A DNA stretch of 10,146 bases. It comes from an uncultured bacterium. Lineage in GTDB: Bacteria > Hydrogenedentota > Hydrogenedentia > Hydrogenedentales > JAEUWI01. The notes below the pieces were generated by a model. That model was not told where the DNA came from and ran no database searches. It saw nothing but the letters and a program-made list of their open reading frames with translations. The stretch is taken from assembly GCA_963977445.1 (NCBI GenBank), contig CAXBPH010000256.1:1-10146 (forward strand), written 5' to 3'. Below are positions 1 through 7,198 of this stretch, piece by piece. How positions within the stretch are numbered: position 1 is the first letter of the stretch; the number at the start of each line of letters is the position of its first letter. The translations under genes were made by a program, and so were the position numbers.

Positions 1-41
1 ACCAATAAATAGAACCGATTACGCTTAAGTAAGCGCCATTC

Positions 42-513
42 GGGACTGCACCGACATCGCCCACGAAAACCTGCAATGCGCACGCCGTGGCCAAAGAGGC
101 GACCCCGCCTTACCCAAGAGCGATATAACAGTCGGGGCGGCCACCGGGGACTGCACCGACATGGCCCACGGATTCCTGCGATGCGCCCGCCGTGGCCAAA
201 GAGGCGGCCCCATATTACCCAAGGGAAATATAATAGTCGGGGCCGTCCCCCTGAGTGCCACTTACCCTCGGGGGGACCGCACCGACATCGCTCACGCAAC
301 CCTGCAATGCACCCGCCGTGGCCAAAGAGGCGACCCCAACTTACCCAAGGGCGATATAACAGTCGGGGCCGTCCCCCTGAGGGCCACTTACCCTCGGGGG
401 GACGGCCCCGACTATCTAAATTTTCCTTGCTACCAACAACCCCTGCAGCATCAAGACACCCACACCGCCACCACCAATTCATCATGTCGGTGCAGTCCCC
501 GACCGCCCCCTAC
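42..513. repeat. REP/BIME-like composite palindromic repeat cluster
   Basis: Three colinear 97-bp direct repeats at 42-138, 147-243 and 273-369. Hand count: 9 mismatches copy1/copy3, 14 mismatches copy1/copy2. Each begins GGGAC(T/C)GCACCGAC and ends AGTCGGGGC. An inverted arm CATGTCGGTGCAGTCCCCG (483-501) is the exact reverse complement of 145-163. Confidence 0.9.
361..413. repeat. 23-bp GC-rich stem-loop (REP-like palindrome)
   Basis: AGTCGGGGCCGTCCCCCTGAGGG (361-383), loop CCACTTA, then CCCTCGGGGGGACGGCCCCGACT (391-413). 22 of 23 pairs are Watson-Crick and one is T-G. Confidence 0.92.
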
Positions 514-1784
514 TTCCCTATCTCCACCGCAATGACCACAACCGCCTCTTCCGGCCACGTCGCAGGCATCCGAACGGTCTTCGTCCCGTCGTTAAACGCG
601 AGCACTTCACCCGTCGACAGCACCGTCGCCCCCGCAATCGGCCCCGCGATCCCCTTCAAGGAAATCTCCTCGCCGGGACGTTCCTCCAGGTGAACATAGA
701 GTAGCCCCGCCTTACCCGTCAGCTTTCCAGCCGAAACCGTGACGCCCCTCACCTGCCGCGTACCATAGATACTCTCGCCGTTCTTCGCCAACCACACACC
801 GATGTCTCGGAGACGTTCCGCCAGTGGCGCAGGGATCTCACCTTCGGGTGTAGGCCCCACATTCAGCAACAGGTTGCCTCCACGGCTGACCACGTCCACC
901 AGGGTCCGGATAAGTTCGATACTGCTCTTGGGAGGACCGTCCTTCTTCATATATCCCCACGACGTGCCGATGGTAAGACATGCCTCCCAGGGACGAATCT
1001 CTTTCTCTTCGGTTTCGGTCTTTTCCCCAATCTCTGACATCTGCTCGCGGGTGTAGAAGTCCGCCAGCGGTGTCACACCCCGTACGCCCTTCCCGAGTCT
1101 ATCGTTGATGAGGGCATTCGGCTGCAGGGTACGAATCATGGTCACGAGCTCCTCCGCACGCCACGTACTCTCCGGGTGATCCCATTCGCCGTCAAACCAG
1201 AGCCCGTCGATGGGCCCGTAATTGGTGCAGAGCTCCCGCACCTGGCCGAACATATATTCGTCCACATACTTGGCCAAGTCCGTCTTATAATCCGGCTGGT
1301 GCCAATCGAGGGTCGAGTAATAGAAAGAAATCTTCAGGTCATTCGCCCGGGCCGCCTGCACCAACTCGCCCACAAAATCCCGCTTTGCCGCCCGGTCCAT
1401 GGAATCGTAGTCCGTAAGGGCACTGTCGAACATGGCAAAGCCCTCATGATGCTTACTGGTAAACGTCATGTACTTCGCCCCGGCATCTTTCACCAGGTGC
1501 ATCCACTCGTCCGCGTCAAACTTAGCAGGCTGAAACTGGTCCGCGTAGGGTTCATATTCGGCAACGGGAATGCCCTCATTCTCCATGGCCCACGAGACAT
1601 AGGGTCCCTTCTCGTTCTTCCCGTGGACCGCATAAAGGCCCCAGTGAACGAAAATGCCGAACTTGGCATCCTTGAACCAGGTATTGTCAGCATGGGGTGG
1701 CGAAGGCACTCCTTCAGCAGCAATAGCCCCGTAGCACAAACTCATCATGATCACGAGGGACAAGACATATCGAATCGCGGGCAC
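510..1784 (-). CDS. Alpha-L-fucosidase (glycoside hydrolase family 29), secreted
   Basis: GH29 motifs WFKDAKFGIFVHWG, SKHHEGF, GLWFDG (nucleophile Asp), INDRLG, PWEACLTIGTSWGY and VDVVSRGGNLLLNVGP. Hydrophobic N-terminal signal peptide. GTG start with GGAGG RBS at 1794-1798 on the minus strand. Confidence 0.95.
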   Translation of the reverse strand: MPAIRYVLSLVIMMSLCYGAIAAEGVPSPPHADNTWFKDAKFGIFVHWGLYAVHGKNEKGPYVSWAMENEGIPVAEYEPYADQFQPAKFDADEWMHLVKDAGAKYMTFTSKHHEGFAMFDSALTDYDSMDRAAKRDFVGELVQAARANDLKISFYYSTLDWHQPDYKTDLAKYVDEYMFGQVRELCTNYGPIDGLWFDGEWDHPESTWRAEELVTMIRTLQPNALINDRLGKGVRGVTPLADFYTREQMSEIGEKTETEEKEIRPWEACLTIGTSWGYMKKDGPPKSSIELIRTLVDVVSRGGNLLLNVGPTPEGEIPAPLAERLRDIGVWLAKNGESIYGTRQVRGVTVSAGKLTGKAGLLYVHLEERPGEEISLKGIAGPIAGATVLSTGEVLAFNDGTKTVRMPATWPEEAVVVIAVEIGK

Positions 1785-1928
1785 AGTAAACTACCTCCGG
1801 CAGATCTATTTAGACCGTTTGTGTTTCCATGGCAGATAACACCTGAAAACTGCAAGGCAAAGGGGGTGGACCTTCCAGTCCGACATACGGTGCCCCCTCT
1901 ATCCCTTGCTTCCATTTGCGTATGAAGT

Positions 1929-1963
1929 AAAAAAGGGGTTCGTGACGCAACATCACGAACCCC
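1929..1963 (-). terminator. Rho-independent terminator of the entericidin gene
   Basis: 11-bp perfect stem GGGGTTCGTGA/TCACGAACCCC (1935-1963). On the minus strand it is followed by a T6 run (A run at 1929-1934), ~25 nt after the stop at 1989. Confidence 0.88.
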
Positions 1964-1988
1964 GGCAAAACCGTTTCACATGCGATGC

Positions 1989-2126
1989 CTAATCGGCCGC
2001 TTTTTCGATGGCTTCGCCACCTTTCTTGATGTCCTTACCAACACCGCGCAAGGTATTGCATCCAGTCACGGACAAAACAAGTAACAGCGCGATTGAACCA
2101 AGTAAGACTTTAGTAAGCGATTTCAT
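1989..2126 (-). CDS. Entericidin EcnA/B family small lipoprotein (45 aa)
   Basis: Hand translation: MKSLTKVLLGSIALLLVLSVTGCNTLRGVGKDIKKGGEAIEKAAD*. Lipobox VTGC, entericidin signature CNTxxGxGKDIxxxGEAI, AAGGA RBS upstream, own terminator downstream. Confidence 0.93.
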   Translation of the reverse strand: MKSLTKVLLGSIALLLVLSVTGCNTLRGVGKDIKKGGEAIEKAAD

Positions 2127-2183
2127 TTCATAGTTCCTTTTCAGCAATCCATCGAAAAACGCACAATACGTGCATTCGCTCCT

Positions 2184-2213
2184 ATACTACGTTTTCCACC
2201 TGAATCCGCGCAA
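2184..2213 (-). promoter_or_regulatory. Putative sigma70-type promoter for the entericidin gene
   Basis: Minus strand reads TTGCGC-N18-TAGTAT, about 60 nt upstream of the ATG at 2126. Consensus resemblance only. Confidence 0.35.
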
Positions 2214-2228
2214 GGCGTGGAACAGGGG

Positions 2229-4184
2229 TTACTTCGCAGCACCGATGCTACCGTGATCAACAACCCCCGGATTCTCATACCATTGCCCGAAAAACTCCGC
2301 CGCCGTGCCCGGGTATACGCCCCGCTTCGCGTCCATCCACGTGAGCTGATCGCCCACGCAATAATACACGTACGTCTTACCATCGAATTCGATGAGTGCC
2401 GCGTCCGAGGCATTAACACCTTCTTCCAGTCCCGCTGGTGAAAGCACGGGGTTGGCGCTGCTGAGTTCCCAATGCTTCAGATCCTTTGAACGCGAGATGT
2501 AGGTCTCGTAAAAGTGACGGGGCGATCGGTTCTCCAGATACATAACGTAGTAATAGCCATCGGCATAATGAATCTCAGGGCAGGCGGTGTAGCGATTGGT
2601 GCCGAAAGACGCCTCGGGGAGCGTCTCCCAGGTTTGGAGATCCTTTGACGAAGCAAACTTCGTCGTAAAGCCCGGGTAGGCAGGCGTGTTTGACTCATAG
2701 GTCAAGACATAACCGTCCGGCCCCTTACAAAGACTGCTGTTAAAAAGATGTTCATTCTCCTGGGAGACAATGACCCGCTGCTCCCAGTCCTTCATATTCT
2801 TCGAGCTGAACAAGGTCACATCGTTCCAGTTGCCGGCGTCAAAACGGGACGCTACCGCGTGAAAGGTGTCACCATCCACAAAGGCACTCGCCAAACCGTA
2901 GCCTTCGGCAAAAACCGCCAGCACGTCCGTGCTCCCTGCCTCACGAATGTCCAGATGGTAGTCTGCTTTTGTGCCACCGCTGCCCGGGCGCACACACACC
3001 ATCTCCATGAGCTTGCCCTGCCACACGAAAGGCGAAATCTCACACATGTCTTTTTCGACTATCTCGATGTCCTGAAGGGCATGCATGTTGGACGTTGTCG
3101 GCGGCGGCGCGATGGCGCTGAAAACATCGCCGGGCCACTGCTGGAGACGATAGAAGCCTTCGGGCACGTCCTGCTCAAATTGCACATAGGCCTGGACGTT
3201 GCCCGTAGTTGTGTACTGTATCTCGTTGACCGTCTCTTTATTCTGGCGAACGCCAAAAACCTTATACCCCATCACCGTGGTGTCTTCCAGATCGACGGCC
3301 AGGTATTTCCCCTGCTCCACGCTCTGGATGGCACCGTCCGAGGGCGTTCCCTGGGGCTGAGAAAAGTTCAGAATGACCATCTTGCAATTTTTCAGCTTGA
3401 TGCGCATGCTCGTGGTGAAACCAAAGTTACCGGCTTTCAGCGCGCACTGGGGACTCGCCATGGTGCAATCTTCGAAGATAACATCCGGCTGCTCGGGCAT
3501 GGTCTCGTTTTCTACACGAACATAGGCCGCCGCCGTATCGCCCCACCAGTCCAGCGCCCAAAGCTGGGTGCGCCGGAAGGTAATGGGCTCGTCGGGGCGG
3601 GAAAGGCAACTCGCCACGCCGCCGCCAAAGGCCCGACCGATGCCCACGCAATCTTCTACGATGACCGTAAAGGGTTCGATCATGTTGGTGTTGTCCCAGA
3701 AGAGGCCGGCATCGGCGCCGGTCATATAGACCCGGCTCAGTTTCCACCGGTCCCAAATCACTGCGGAGAAGGTCTCGTCGGTGTGTTCTTCTGACCAGCC
3801 CTGGGTATTGGAGCGGATGTTGCCATGCCAGTCATAGCTCTTGAAGCCCTGCTTGGGATCTCCCGCGTCGAGAACGACCCAACCGGTCCGTCCCCCACCG
3901 AGCGCACCATCATAATCGCCAACGAGTTCGTTGTAGGCGCCCTTCGCCCCACGAAAGGCCGGCGACAGCATGGCTTCCATATAGGTGTCAGGACGAATGA
4001 CAACGCGATGGCCACCTTCGCCGTTGGGGATAGCATCCAATCCCGCCTGGACCGTGGTAAAAGCGGTGGACCAGGAAGTACCTCCTGCATTATTGCCCAG
4101 CTTGGACACATAGTAGGTTTCCGCCGATGCGAAAGGCGCTAGGGCGAAACACAACATCGTTGTCACCATATAACGAATGAACAT
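2229..4184 (-). CDS. Secreted two-domain hypothetical protein: putative beta-helix N-terminal domain plus five-bladed beta-propeller glycoside-hydrolase-like C-terminal domain (~651 aa)
   Basis: Start reassigned from 4358 to the ATG at 4184, which has an AGGAG RBS (4190-4194) and a signal peptide (MFIRYMVTTMLCFALAPFASA). It is followed by TYYVSKLGNNAGGTSWSTAFTTVQAG, typical of pectin-lyase-fold N-termini, and a PPPTTS linker. The C-terminal part has blade-like motifs CPEIHYADGYYYVMY, SRSKDLKHWE and NPVLSP. Confidence 0.8.
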   Translation of the reverse strand: MFIRYMVTTMLCFALAPFASAETYYVSKLGNNAGGTSWSTAFTTVQAGLDAIPNGEGGHRVVIRPDTYMEAMLSPAFRGAKGAYNELVGDYDGALGGGRTGWVVLDAGDPKQGFKSYDWHGNIRSNTQGWSEEHTDETFSAVIWDRWKLSRVYMTGADAGLFWDNTNMIEPFTVIVEDCVGIGRAFGGGVASCLSRPDEPITFRRTQLWALDWWGDTAAAYVRVENETMPEQPDVIFEDCTMASPQCALKAGNFGFTTSMRIKLKNCKMVILNFSQPQGTPSDGAIQSVEQGKYLAVDLEDTTVMGYKVFGVRQNKETVNEIQYTTTGNVQAYVQFEQDVPEGFYRLQQWPGDVFSAIAPPPTTSNMHALQDIEIVEKDMCEISPFVWQGKLMEMVCVRPGSGGTKADYHLDIREAGSTDVLAVFAEGYGLASAFVDGDTFHAVASRFDAGNWNDVTLFSSKNMKDWEQRVIVSQENEHLFNSSLCKGPDGYVLTYESNTPAYPGFTTKFASSKDLQTWETLPEASFGTNRYTACPEIHYADGYYYVMYLENRSPRHFYETYISRSKDLKHWELSSANPVLSPAGLEEGVNASDAALIEFDGKTYVYYCVGDQLTWMDAKRGVYPGTAAEFFGQWYENPGVVDHGSIGAAK

Positions 4185-4292
4185 ATAAACTCCTATCCGG
4201 TTGGTCGAGCCGCCATTGTAGCCATCGGCGGGTAGCGTTGTCTCCCTAAAAGACACGCCCAGATAATTCGTAATTTGCCGAAAAGAATCAAA

Positions 4293-4494
4293 GGGACTCA
4301 GACATTCCTGTCTGAGACAAGGCCCACCCAAACGCCCAAGGGCCCAATAAACCAACACGGTGCACCCGGCATGCCCAAGGTCTTCACTTCAAAAGACAGG
4401 GGTTTCTCCCCTGTCGCACGAGTTCGTCCGAAACTTAACTACCCTTTGTCTCAGACAGGTCATAGACGCGCCGGGGCGGGAATGTCTGAGTCCC
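4293..4494. repeat. Inverted REP-like doublet (second repeat family)
   Basis: Left copy GGGACTCAGACATTCCTGTCTGAGACAA (4293-4320) contains the hairpin CTCAGACA-TTCC-TGTCTGAG. Its reverse complement occurs at 4446-4494, split by a 21-nt insert (4460-4480). Confidence 0.8.
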
Positions 4495-4502
4495 CATTAC
4501 AC

Positions 4503-4535
4503 AAAAAACGCTTCGAAGGCGTTCCTTCAAAGCGT
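4503..4535 (-). terminator. Rho-independent terminator of blc
   Basis: Minus strand reads ACGCTTTGAAGG-AACG-CCTTCGAAGCG-TTTTTT (stem with one G-U pair), 22 nt after the blc stop at 4558. Confidence 0.8.
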
Positions 4536-4557
4536 GGGGGCAATTCTGGGTCGGTGC

Positions 4558-5082
4558 TTACTCCTGTGTCTGATCCACCATAATCAGCTCGTCCAGCACA
4601 TACCCACTCTCTTCCGCTTGCATCAGCAACCTATCCACAATGGCCTCGTCGAGCTGGGGGGTACGCGAAAGTATCCAGAGGTAGTTGAAGTTCCCCCCAG
4701 CTATCATGGCGTAGTCATAGTTTTCCTCGTCCAGGGCAATAATGTGGTAACCACTGAAAAAGGGACCGAAAAACGACACCTTAAGGCTTCCCACCGAGGT
4801 ATCCCCCTGGAATTCTGCACGCCCTTCGATGAAGCTCATGCTCCCATCCCCTTTCATGCCCTCATTCTCCACCTTCACACTGCCATCTTCCTGCCTGGTA
4901 TAGGTGGCCGTGACATGGCTGAGTCCACGTTCGAAAGGGTGATCCAGCCGGTAAAGCTCATACCAGGTACCCGCATATCGGTCTATGTCGAAGTTTTTGA
5001 CCGCCTGCAATTCCCCTGGAATACCCGTCAAGCATCCGGACAAGCAAAATACGGCTATCAGAGCTGGGATACATTTTTTCAT
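4558..5082 (-). CDS. blc: Outer membrane lipoprotein Blc (bacterial lipocalin)
   Basis: Lipobox LSGC. Lipocalin motifs FDIDRYAGTWYE, LKVSFFGPF and YLWILSRTPQL. AAAGGA RBS upstream. Confidence 0.95.
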   Translation of the reverse strand: MKKCIPALIAVFCLSGCLTGIPGELQAVKNFDIDRYAGTWYELYRLDHPFERGLSHVTATYTRQEDGSVKVENEGMKGDGSMSFIEGRAEFQGDTSVGSLKVSFFGPFFSGYHIIALDEENYDYAMIAGGNFNYLWILSRTPQLDEAIVDRLLMQAEESGYVLDELIMVDQTQE

Positions 5083-5128
5083 AAGACGTTCCTTTAACGT
5101 AAGTTAATAATCTTAATTTAAGGCTGGT

Positions 5129-5157
5129 TTGTAGTAGCGCCATAGCTACCGTATACT
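5129..5157 (+). promoter_or_regulatory. Putative sigma70 promoter for the SDR/DUF2867 gene
   Basis: TTGTAG (5129-5134)-N17-TATACT (5152-5157) in the AT-rich divergent intergenic region. Confidence 0.4.
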
Positions 5158-5160
5158 TAG

Positions 5161-5189
5161 ATGATATCATAATGTCTATATTTTGTCTA
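5161..5189 (-). promoter_or_regulatory. Putative sigma70 promoter for blc, overlapped by TAGACA repeats 11 bp apart (candidate operator)
   Basis: Minus strand reads TAGACA (5189-5184)-N17-TATCAT (5166-5161) with an extended -10 TGn. A second TAGACA lies at 5178-5173, exactly 11 bp on. Confidence 0.55.
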
Positions 5190-5227
5190 ATATAAAATCA
5201 AAAACAATAGACACAAGGAGCTACAAC

Positions 5228-6688
5228 ATGAATGCTACATCAAAAACCGTGCTCGTAACCGGGGCAACCGGCTATATAGGCGGGCGTCTGGCCCGTCAAA
5301 TGGCCACCCGCGGCCTGTCCGTACGCTGCATGGGGCGACGGCCCGATGTCCTGAAGGCTCGGTTTGGCGATACGGTTGAATCGGTCCATGGCGACGTAAC
5401 CGACCCCGATAGCCTGCGCCTCGCCCTCGCAGGCATAGATACCGCCTACTACCTTATCCACGCCCTGGACGAGCGAGCGAACTTTGAATCCCTTGAAATG
5501 GAGGGGGCGAAGAATTTTGCGCAGGCAGCCCAAGAGGCAGGTGTCCGACGCATTGTCTATCTTGGTGGTTTGAGCGACGCCCACGCAACCGAATCCGCCC
5601 ACATGCGAAGCCGCCATGCCGTGGGCGAGACGCTCCGTGATTCCGGCATTCCCACCATTGAATTTCAGGCCTCTGTCGTCATCGGTGCAGGCAGTCTCTC
5701 CTTCGAAATGGTTCGGGCCCTGGTGCGACGCTTGCCTGTCATGATTGCGCCTCGGTGGGTCCAGATGAAAACCCAGCCCATTGCCGTCGACGATGTGCTC
5801 CACTATCTTGAAGAAGCGCGTACGTTGGACGTCGACGGTCATCGCACCTATGAAATCGGTGGAGCCGACATTCTCTCCTATCGCGATCTCATGATGCGCT
5901 ATGCCGCATCCCAGGGGCTTCGCCGTCGTATTTTTAACGTCCCCTTTCTTACACCCTGGTTATCCAGCCTCTGGTTGAATCTGGTCACCCCCCTACTCGC
6001 CCGGGTGGGACGGAAATTGATCGCGAGTATCTGTGTGTCGAGCGTGGTGCGCAATTCTCATGCGCTGGAAGATTTCTCCATCCGCCCTATGGGTATTGAT
6101 GACGCCATTGCTGCGGCCCATCAGGAAGAAGAAGCGCGAATCCTCGCCTCCCATTGGACCGATGCCCTATCCGCATCGGGTGCCCCGAAATCGTGGGGAG
6201 GCGTTCATCTGGGTACCCGCATCATCGATGAGCGCGCCGCCCATGTTGACCTGTCCCCCGAAGAAGCCTTCTGGCCTATTGCGCGTATCGGCGGCACGAC
6301 GGGCTGGTACTATGCCAATGGCCTGTGGAAACTACGGGGCCTGATAGACAAACTCCTCGGTGGTGTGGGCAGTGACCGGGGACGACGGCATCCCGAGCAC
6401 CTGCATATCGGGGACACGCTGGATTGGTGGCGCGTCGAAGCCATCGAAGAAAACAGCTGTCTTGTTCTCCTGGCCGAAATGAAGATTCCCGGTCGGGCGT
6501 GGCTCCGTTTTGATATAGAACCCGACGAAGACAGCAGCGGATGCACCATCCGGCAAACGGCCATCTTCGACCCCCAGGGCGTTGCGGGGCTGGCCTATTG
6601 GTATAGCCTTTACCCCCTGCACGAGTTCATCTTCGCCGGCATGTGTCGAAATATCGCACGTGCGGCGATGGAAAATGCCCGTGACTAA
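5228..6688 (+). CDS. ybjT: YbjT-like atypical SDR / NAD(P)-binding oxidoreductase with C-terminal DUF2867
   Basis: Rossmann motif VLVTGATGYIG, plus AYYLIH and TQPIAVDDV. DUF2867-like motifs GGTTGWYYANGLWKLRGLID, GDTLDWWRV and AEMKIPGRAWL. Start reassigned to the ATG at 5228 (AAGGAG at 5215-5220). Confidence 0.88.
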   Translation: MNATSKTVLVTGATGYIGGRLARQMATRGLSVRCMGRRPDVLKARFGDTVESVHGDVTDPDSLRLALAGIDTAYYLIHALDERANFESLEMEGAKNFAQAAQEAGVRRIVYLGGLSDAHATESAHMRSRHAVGETLRDSGIPTIEFQASVVIGAGSLSFEMVRALVRRLPVMIAPRWVQMKTQPIAVDDVLHYLEEARTLDVDGHRTYEIGGADILSYRDLMMRYAASQGLRRRIFNVPFLTPWLSSLWLNLVTPLLARVGRKLIASICVSSVVRNSHALEDFSIRPMGIDDAIAAAHQEEEARILASHWTDALSASGAPKSWGGVHLGTRIIDERAAHVDLSPEEAFWPIARIGGTTGWYYANGLWKLRGLIDKLLGGVGSDRGRRHPEHLHIGDTLDWWRVEAIEENSCLVLLAEMKIPGRAWLRFDIEPDEDSSGCTIRQTAIFDPQGVAGLAYWYSLYPLHEFIFAGMCRNIARAAMENARD

Positions 6689-6800
6689 ACCTCGCCTTTC
6701 AGGCCGCAAAGTGGCAACCGCCGGGTATGGGGCGCTATCATGAGCCCACACGTTCAAAAGCTCCGCCCGCACCGATTAAATCTTCCGTTAGAAAGCAATC

Positions 6801-7163
6801 ATGATTAGCAAAGAAGACCTCCAGGAATTCTTCACCAGCACCCGCAAGCTGCGCGATAGCGGCGAGGCCAATTTCGATATTGACGATGTATGCCGCTGGT
6901 CCTATTTCTTCACCGACACGGTCAAATCGAACCTTACCCGAATCGGCCTCCACCTCGAAGACAACGGCTACCAGATTCGAGGCTTCCTGGGCGCTGCGGA
7001 AGAGGATGCCGACCCCAACACCCTCTATATCCGCGCAGACCGCCACGAGAAACACACCGTAGAAACCCTCCACGAAACCAACGAATCTTTCTACATCCTC
7101 GCCGAGAAAATGGGGGTCGGTGGCTACGATGGCATGGATGTGGGTGCCATAGGGAGCGTCTGA
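6801..7163 (+). CDS. RraB-like (regulator of ribonuclease activity B domain) acidic protein
   Basis: 120 aa and acidic. WSYFF..., L...GY and a C-terminal GYDGMDV resemble the YDGW motif of RraB-domain proteins. Confidence 0.6.
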   Translation: MISKEDLQEFFTSTRKLRDSGEANFDIDDVCRWSYFFTDTVKSNLTRIGLHLEDNGYQIRGFLGAAEEDADPNTLYIRADRHEKHTVETLHETNESFYILAEKMGVGGYDGMDVGAIGSV

Positions 7164-7198
7164 TTTACTTCATCCCCAGGTCACTTTTTAGCTCCCCC

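Noticed and set aside
42..413. CRISPR array
   Set aside because: The long segments between palindromes are near-identical rather than unique spacers, the period (105/126) is irregular and too long, and there are no cas genes in the window.
42..501. Classical IS or MITE with target-site duplication
   Set aside because: No transposase, and no direct repeat is visible flanking the outer inverted arms.
25..693. ORFs 25..261(-), 76..693(+) and 161..535(+) with repeated peptides
   Set aside because: They are by-products of GC-rich DNA repeats whose periods are multiples of 3. They have no clear RBS, and two of them overlap the fucosidase antisense.
2748..3794. 348-aa plus-strand ORF, and similar shadow ORFs such as 1176..1925, 4360..5097, 5240..5842 and 8051..8545
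   Set aside because: They lie antisense to well-supported genes, as expected from codon bias, and have no recognisable motifs.
4185..4358. N-terminal 58-codon extension of the 709-aa ORF
   Set aside because: It runs through a REP-like repeat. The RBS and signal peptide point to the ATG at 4184.
5183..5227. TTG start of the SDR ORF at 5183
   Set aside because: It lies in AT-rich promoter DNA. AAGGAG at 5215-5220 supports the ATG at 5228.
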